From Octopus bimaculoides (taxonomy: Eukaryota): 64,000 nucleotides of DNA. Below, piece by piece: positions 1-64,000 of this stretch. The translations under genes were made by a program, and so were the position numbers. How positions within the stretch are numbered: the stretch's first letter is position 1; each line of letters begins with the position of its first letter. The stretch covers positions 95,807,615-95,871,614 of the forward strand of contig NC_068987.1 of the NCBI RefSeq assembly GCF_001194135.2. Reading direction: 5' to 3'. The notes under the pieces were generated by a model that did not search any database, was not told where the DNA came from, and worked only from the letters and a program-made list of their open reading frames with translations.

Positions 1-510
1 GGATGACCCAATATATGTTCTCTAACCAGCAAATTCACTGTTAAGAATTATTTTCTGCAGAATGATTTCCGGTATTTTGGCATGCCAAAACAAAGACTTT
101 TGAAATATAACCCTAAATGTAATTGGTAGAACTATATACATGTTCAATCTCATGTGGACATCTCGTGTATAGTTCTGCAAATTATATTGCTATGACGATC
201 ACTGATGAATTGTGGACATTTATGTAAGTGGTAACAATGAAACTGTAATTAATTCTTATATTTTGTATCTTTTCATTTGTCTTGCTCGCTTACGTTCTGG
301 CATTTACTGAATTTTCTTCCCAACAATCTTTTCTTAGTGGTCTTCTTCTAGTATAATGGACGTCCACTTAGTGGTCATCCCTCTTACATGTATGTAATAT
401 ATTTTTTCTGAATCTTCAGATTTTTCAGTATGCTAGGCCACTGGTTTTAAATTGATATTAATCAAATTAATATTCAATTTTTCACCCTTATTATTTAAAT
501 TTATAATATA

Positions 511-710
511 TCATCATCATCATCATCATCGTTTAACGTCTGCTTTCCATGCTAGCATGGGTTGGACGATTTGACTGAGGACTGGTGGACTAGGAGGCGA
601 CACCAGGCTCCAATCTGATTTGGCAGAGTTTCTACAGCTGGATGCCCTTCCTAACGCCAACCACTCCGAGAGTGTAGTGGGTGCTTTTACGTGCCACCGG
701 CATGAAGGCC
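511..710 (-). mobile_element. Short retroposon family A, (ATG)n-tailed 3' body, cut by a gap
   Basis: (CAT)n-CGTTTAAC-GTC(T/C)GCTTTCCATGCTAGCATGGGTTGGACG motif shared with at least ten copies in the window. Confidence 0.85.
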
Positions 711-1261
711 NNNNNNNNNNNNNNNNNNNNNNNNNNNNNNNNNNNNNNNNNNNNNNNNNNNNNNNNNNNNNNNNNNNNNNNNNNNNNNNNNNNNNNNNNN
801 NNNNNNNNNNNNNNNNNNNNNNNNNNNNNNNNNNNNNNNNNNNNNNNNNNNNNNNNNNNNNNNNNNNNNNNNNNNNNNNNNNNNNNNNNNNNNNNNNNNN
901 NNNNNNNNNNNNNNNNNNNNNNNNNNNNNNNNNNNNNNNNNNNNNNNNNNNNNNNNNNNNNNNNNNNNNNNNNNNNNNNNNNNNNNNNNNNNNNNNNNNN
1001 NNNNNNNNNNNNNNNNNNNNNNNNNNNNNNNNNNNNNNNNNNNNNNNNNNNNNNNNNNNNNNNNNNNNNNNNNNNNNNNNNNNNNNNNNNNNNNNNNNNN
1101 NNNNNNNNNNNNNNNNNNNNNNNNNNNNNNNNNNNNNNNNNNNNNNNNNNNNNNNNNNNNNNNNNNNNNNNNNNNNNNNNNNNNNNNNNNNNNNNNNNNN
1201 NNNNNNNNNNNNNNNNNNNNNNNNNNNNNNNNNNNNNNNNNNNNNNNNNNNNNNNNNNNNN
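711..1261. other. Assembly gap; other N runs at 5209-5218, 10065-10277, 12800-12809, 22072-22692, 35287-35296, 53702-53723, 55308-55606, 57995-58004
   Basis: Runs of N. Confidence 1.
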
Positions 1262-1298
<37 letters not shown>

Positions 1299-1783
1299 AG
1301 AAATAATTTTTGTTTCTTTTTATGGAAACAAAAAAAGATATATAGGACTGCAAAAAAGAAGTCCTTCAATGAAATTGAGACAGAGACAAAAAATTCATTG
1401 ATTAGAGAACAAACATCAAATTCGAGCCAACAACTTTATATAATCCCACACTTCTATACATTTCATCGTATACAAATAATACCCTGGTCTTAAACATATA
1501 AAAGGAATATATATATAAGCACCTTCTGTGCTTATATATGTATTTCTTTTATATGTTGAATGCCATGGTATTCTTTGTATATGATGAAATGTATAGAAGC
1601 ATGGAATTTTATGAAGTCATTGGCCCGAATTTGATGTTTGTTCTCTAATCAATGATCTTTATATATATATATATCTTTTATTTATCTAAGTCACTAGACT
1701 GTGACCTTGCTGGGGCACCATCTTTGAACAACTCGTTCCAGTTGAATGAATCAACCTCAATACTTATTTTGTTGTTAAGCCTG

Positions 1784-2012
1784 GTTGACTCTAAGGCCCT
1801 TCGATTCTAGTTCCTGCTTCTACACCTGAAACTTCTCCTCTAGTTCTGATAGTGACTCAGCAATTAGTGCAAGGTCGTCAGCATAGAGAAGCTCCCAGGG
1901 GCATCCTGTCTTGAATTCATCTGTTATCGCCTGGAGGACTATGATGAATAGGAGGGGGCTGAGGACAGAACCTTGGTGGACCCCTACCTCTATGCAGAAT
2001 TCTTCACTGGTA
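1784..2012 (-). mobile_element. RTE-type LINE reverse transcriptase fragment
   Basis: Minus strand reads SEEFCIEVGVHQGSVLSPLLFIIVLQAITDEFKTGCPWELLYADDLALIAESLSELEEKFQV*KQELESKGLRVN (QG-LSP-LF and YADD motifs, one stop). Confidence 0.9.
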
Positions 2013-2024
2013 ATGGTAAGAAGG

Positions 2025-2223
2025 AAAAAAATTAATGTGATAGGGAAAAAAAATGTAATTTTTGGGGAACGGTGTCCTAAAATTAATCATAAACATGTTT
2101 CACATATAAGCAAACAAAATTTCGGGGTTGCTTAGTGTAATAGAAATGATTTTATTATTGTTATAGTATGGAGTTCTTTCAGCAGTAATTGTTTGTTATT
2201 CATCATTTAACGTATGTACACAT
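2025..2223 (+). repeat. About 200-bp direct duplication, copy 1 (copy 2 at 3760-3956)
   Basis: Shared core GTGTCCTAAAATTAATCATAAACATGTTTCACATATAAGCAAACAAAATTTCGG...GGAGTTCTTTCAGCAGTAA. Confidence 0.92.
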
Positions 2224-2869
2224 TAAGAAGTCTCAAGACATTGCTGTTAATTTTCCTAGCAAATATAGCTGTTGTATTGTTTGATATTTTCCTTGTCTGT
2301 GTGACCACATTGTTGTTTCACTCATGCTTAGCCTGTATGCTTCACTTGAGTGAAGCATAACAATGTAGCCACACAGACAAGGCATGAAACACTTGTGATT
2401 CTGAGGTACCTCCTGATGATCTGGAAGGGTTTTTGACATTGTGGTGGTTTTTGTTACTTTTAGAACTTGCAATATCTCTAAGTAGCTCCTACAGTTTCTG
2501 TACAAGGCAAAACATCTCTAATGTTTATTTCACCTATACTCTCTCTCTCTCTCACACACACACACATTTTATATTGTTTTATTTCTTGAGTTTCATGTAT
2601 ATGCATGTTTGAATGAGTTTTGAGAGGTGAAACTTGAAGTCAACAGTTAACCTTTTTATTATTATCAAAAAAATTCTGCTGGTTTGTAACTTGCACTTTA
2701 TTCTTGGGTACATGTGACACTGATTCCAAATTTATTACCAGTTTTGCTTGATTGTCATCAGCTTTGGAGATGTAGTACTGCATTAGTAATTGTAACTTAA
2801 AAATAAGCATGAAGCATATAAAATCATCAGTCACTCAATTCATGAGACATTGTTTTGTATAGGACTTTC

Positions 2870-3050
2870 TAGATTGAAATATACCCATGACAGTCTTATT
2901 GAAGATTCCAGTTGTAATTTATCGTTGAGTGCATTCCATCTTCTCTTCATTGTGTTAATATTCTGATGAAACCTTTATCTTCCCATACATTATCAAGTTT
3001 TACTGGAAAGTGTTCTAAGTGACAATAGAGATAATGGGCTTTGATACTTG
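2870..3050 (-). mobile_element. Degenerate DNA transposase C-terminal fragment, probably CMC-Chapaev3-like
   Basis: Minus strand SIKAHYLYCHLEHFPVKLDNVWEDK, frameshift, then RFHQNINTMKRR. Resembles the motif SIKVHFLHSHLD.FP.NLG.VS.EQGERFHQDI..ME.RY; the superfamily is assigned from recollection. Confidence 0.55.
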
Positions 3051-3759
3051 TTACAGCTAAGTTTATTAAAATCAAAAAGCATGTCTTCTCCCCATTTAGA
3101 ATCTGCCTAATGGTTGCCAAGAAAGTTTAAAATAAATAGAACAAACCAGGACCATGCATGACTCATTGATACCTACTGAATCTGAAATTAGAATTTATGA
3201 GCCCTTTTACTTTTCCAGGGATGGTTGTGGTGGACATAAAAGATCTTTGCCTTACAGTAAACGTTGTCAAAGCTGATACTTCTTAGTTCAATAGCTTGAC
3301 TGTAAGCTTTTGTGAGGGAATAAACTGAATTAATAATTGTGATCAGCCAACCCATGCCAACATAGAAAGCAAACATAAAACGATGTTGATGTAGTTATCT
3401 TAATAGTATGTCATATATCAATAGCAATGATATTATTATGTTAGTATCAAAATAACTGATATTTATTAGAGATGATAAAACAAAACTAATGTGTCTCAAC
3501 TACATCCCAAGAATGTCTTACTTCTAATGGATCAAAATGCAAGGTGCAGCTGAGGTTCCTAATCTCAGTGCACAAATGGATGCATCAGCATATAGGAGTC
3601 TGCAGTTAATTCTCAAGCTAGAGAGGATGTAGCCGAAATATTTGGAACCAGAACGCCTTAATATACTAAAGAATAGGTATAACTTCCAAGACACTCAAAT
3701 GTGTCATTGAAATCAGGTAGATAGGCTATTCTTAAAAATGAGAATATATTACAGAACAA

Positions 3760-3956
3760 AAAAAAATTAACGTGATAAGAAAAAAAAATGTAATTTTTGG
3801 GAAACAGTGTCCTAAAATTAATCATAAACATGTTTCACATATAAGCAAACAAAATTTCGGTTGCTCAATGTAACAGAACTGATTTTATCATTGCTATAGT
3901 ACGGAGTTCTTTCAGCAGTAAATGTTTGCTATTCATCATTTCACGTACGCACACAT
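3760..3956 (+). repeat. About 200-bp direct duplication, copy 2, about 290 bp upstream of the ATG
   Basis: Aligns end to end with 2025-2223. Confidence 0.92.
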
Positions 3957-4249
3957 GAATTTGAGTAAATAAAATAACAAATTTAAGATATGGTCTAATA
4001 ATTTTCCTTTTCTATTTTGGGGGAAAGAATGTCAAAGACTAAGACTTAAGGCGAGATTAGATATAAAATAGCACTTGAATAGATTAATAAGAGTTAATAA
4101 AAGGAAAGAATGTTAATTAAAATAAAGAATCACAATGTAATTAGCCACCGTTAAACTGGAGAGTTTCACTGCTAAGCCTACCACTAGTTATCTTCCCTTG
4201 GCTTGTCCACCACCATTTCTTCAGCTCACTATAATATCGCTCTAACTTC

Positions 4250-62660
<58,411 letters not shown>

Positions 62661-62778
62661 GTTAGTTGGTTTTTAATACTTTCCTCCCATTATAAGTCTT
62701 CCGTAGTTTTAGTATTGTACTAAAAGTCAGAGAGTAATATCAAAATTAGTGAGTAATGACTAGCTCTCTGCCACTACT

Positions 62779-62814
<36 letters not shown>

Positions 62815-63039
62815 TCTTCTATATACAATCCAAAGAAACAGATATGCATATTATATGTAAGCAGTATATTCTCATGTGTTTAGATATATACAAGCATATG
62901 CTAATATGCATACACACTTACAAACTCTGTGTGTGTATAGAATATATATATACACATATATAAATCATCATATTAATGTCCACTTTTCCATGCTTGCATG
63001 TATATGGAATGCATCAAAGCAGATTTTTTTGTACAGCTA

Positions 63040-63447
63040 GACATGTTAATATGGACTAGCAGTATAGTCCGGCTTTGCTCGGGATTAAGTTAGGATTAGT
63101 AAGCTAATCAAGTTCTTTATTTCAAACCAAACTAATTAAACTCGACGTCAAATTTGAACGAAATCTGTTGAAATTGGTAAACTTTGGGCTGAAAATGAGT
63201 TGCAGACAACTTGATTGGGAAATTCCATAAGGAATCAGTTTATTGATTTTTTTTTTTTTTTTTTCCACTCATCGATTCCACCCCCACCCCCACCCCCATC
63301 CGTTTTTGGAGAACTTAAAGCATTCAAAGATTCCATGAATCCTGAGTAATGCTGGCATCAAGTTTGAACAAAATTGGTATAAAAGTTATGGCTGAAAATG
63401 GAGTGTAACCAATCTTATTGGAAAATCCTATATGGAATCAGTTTATT

Positions 63448-63482
<35 letters not shown>

Positions 63483-63560
63483 ATTTATCCTGATTAAATG
63501 GAAAACCCCATAGGGAATCAGTTTACTGGTTTTTCACCCCAGATAGAGCTTAACTGGACA
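63040..63560. repeat. Element with internal subrepeats, probably a non-autonomous DNA or Helitron-type element
   Basis: Three copies of GGAAA(N)CC(N)AT(N)GGAATCAGTTTA(T/C)TG-polyT and two of AA(A/G)TTTGAAC(G/A)AAAT...GGCTGAAAATG. Confidence 0.5.
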
Positions 63561-63815
63561 CAACATTGCTGATTCAGAAACATCTATATTTATACTTTAA
63601 AGTTGGTTTTCATACTCATCCCAGTTCTGCAGAATCAGTGTCGCGACAGGGGTGCATGGGCTGAGAGTTTGATCGGCAGAGGTGATCAGGTTGCAGATGC
63701 CAGCCCTTTGGAAACCCTTTCCAGCAAGAAAAATTGAATGCCTAGAAGGGCTCCCAATTCTCTGTATCAGAAGCAGTAATGTTCAGATCACAACTAAGTC
63801 TTGTGTGTGTGTATG

Positions 63816-64000
63816 TCATCATCATCATCATCATCATCGTTTAACGTCCGCTTTCCATGCTAGCATGGGTTGGACGATTTGACTGAGGACTGGTGAAACC
63901 GGATGGCAACACCAGGCTCCAATCTAATTTGGCAGAATTTCTACAGCTGGATGCCCTTCCTAACGCCAACCACTCAGAGTGTAGTGGGTGCTTTTACGTG
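63816..64000 (-). mobile_element. Family A, young copy, runs off the window end
   Basis: Near-identical to 21835-22020. Confidence 0.88.

Noticed and set aside
620-710. Recurrent peptide LAEFLQLDALPNANHSESVVGAF in many ORFs
   Set aside because: It is the reverse strand of retroposon family A, not a gene family.
526-1493. Long ORFs across N runs (also near 10007-10312, 21914-22806 and 55229-55663)
   Set aside because: Open only because N codons have no stops; the flanks are SINE or microsatellite sequence.

Overview
AT-rich, gapped animal scaffold full of microsatellites and short retroposons; the repeat families look like octopus/coleoid cephalopod ones (inference, from recollection). One + strand gene spans almost the whole window: an SRSF3/SRSF7 (RBP1/9G8)-family SR splicing factor with one RRM, an Arg/Gly linker and an RS domain. 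It has six coding exons (4250-4395, 38932-39009, 41434-41547, 60936-60992, 61282-61329, 62211-62660), all joined in phase 2, and probably continues past the window. The six-frame track catches only part of the last exon; most listed ORFs are gap or microsatellite artefacts. The main candidate system is three hidden cassette exons with premature stops (35865-36172, 37871-38031, 47924-48599). Two are packed with (A/T)C(A/T)(A/T)C motifs of the type SRSF3-class RRMs bind, suggesting multi-exon splicing/NMD autoregulation. The introns also hold a Penelope-like element with inverted hammerhead-bearing repeats and a tRNA-like Pol III module, two GG-ended MITEs carrying TTAGGG, Tigger and Tc1 fossils, TTAA MITEs and many SINEs. 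RTE and Chapaev-like fossils lie upstream of the gene. All calls were made by eye; no searches or folding programs were run.
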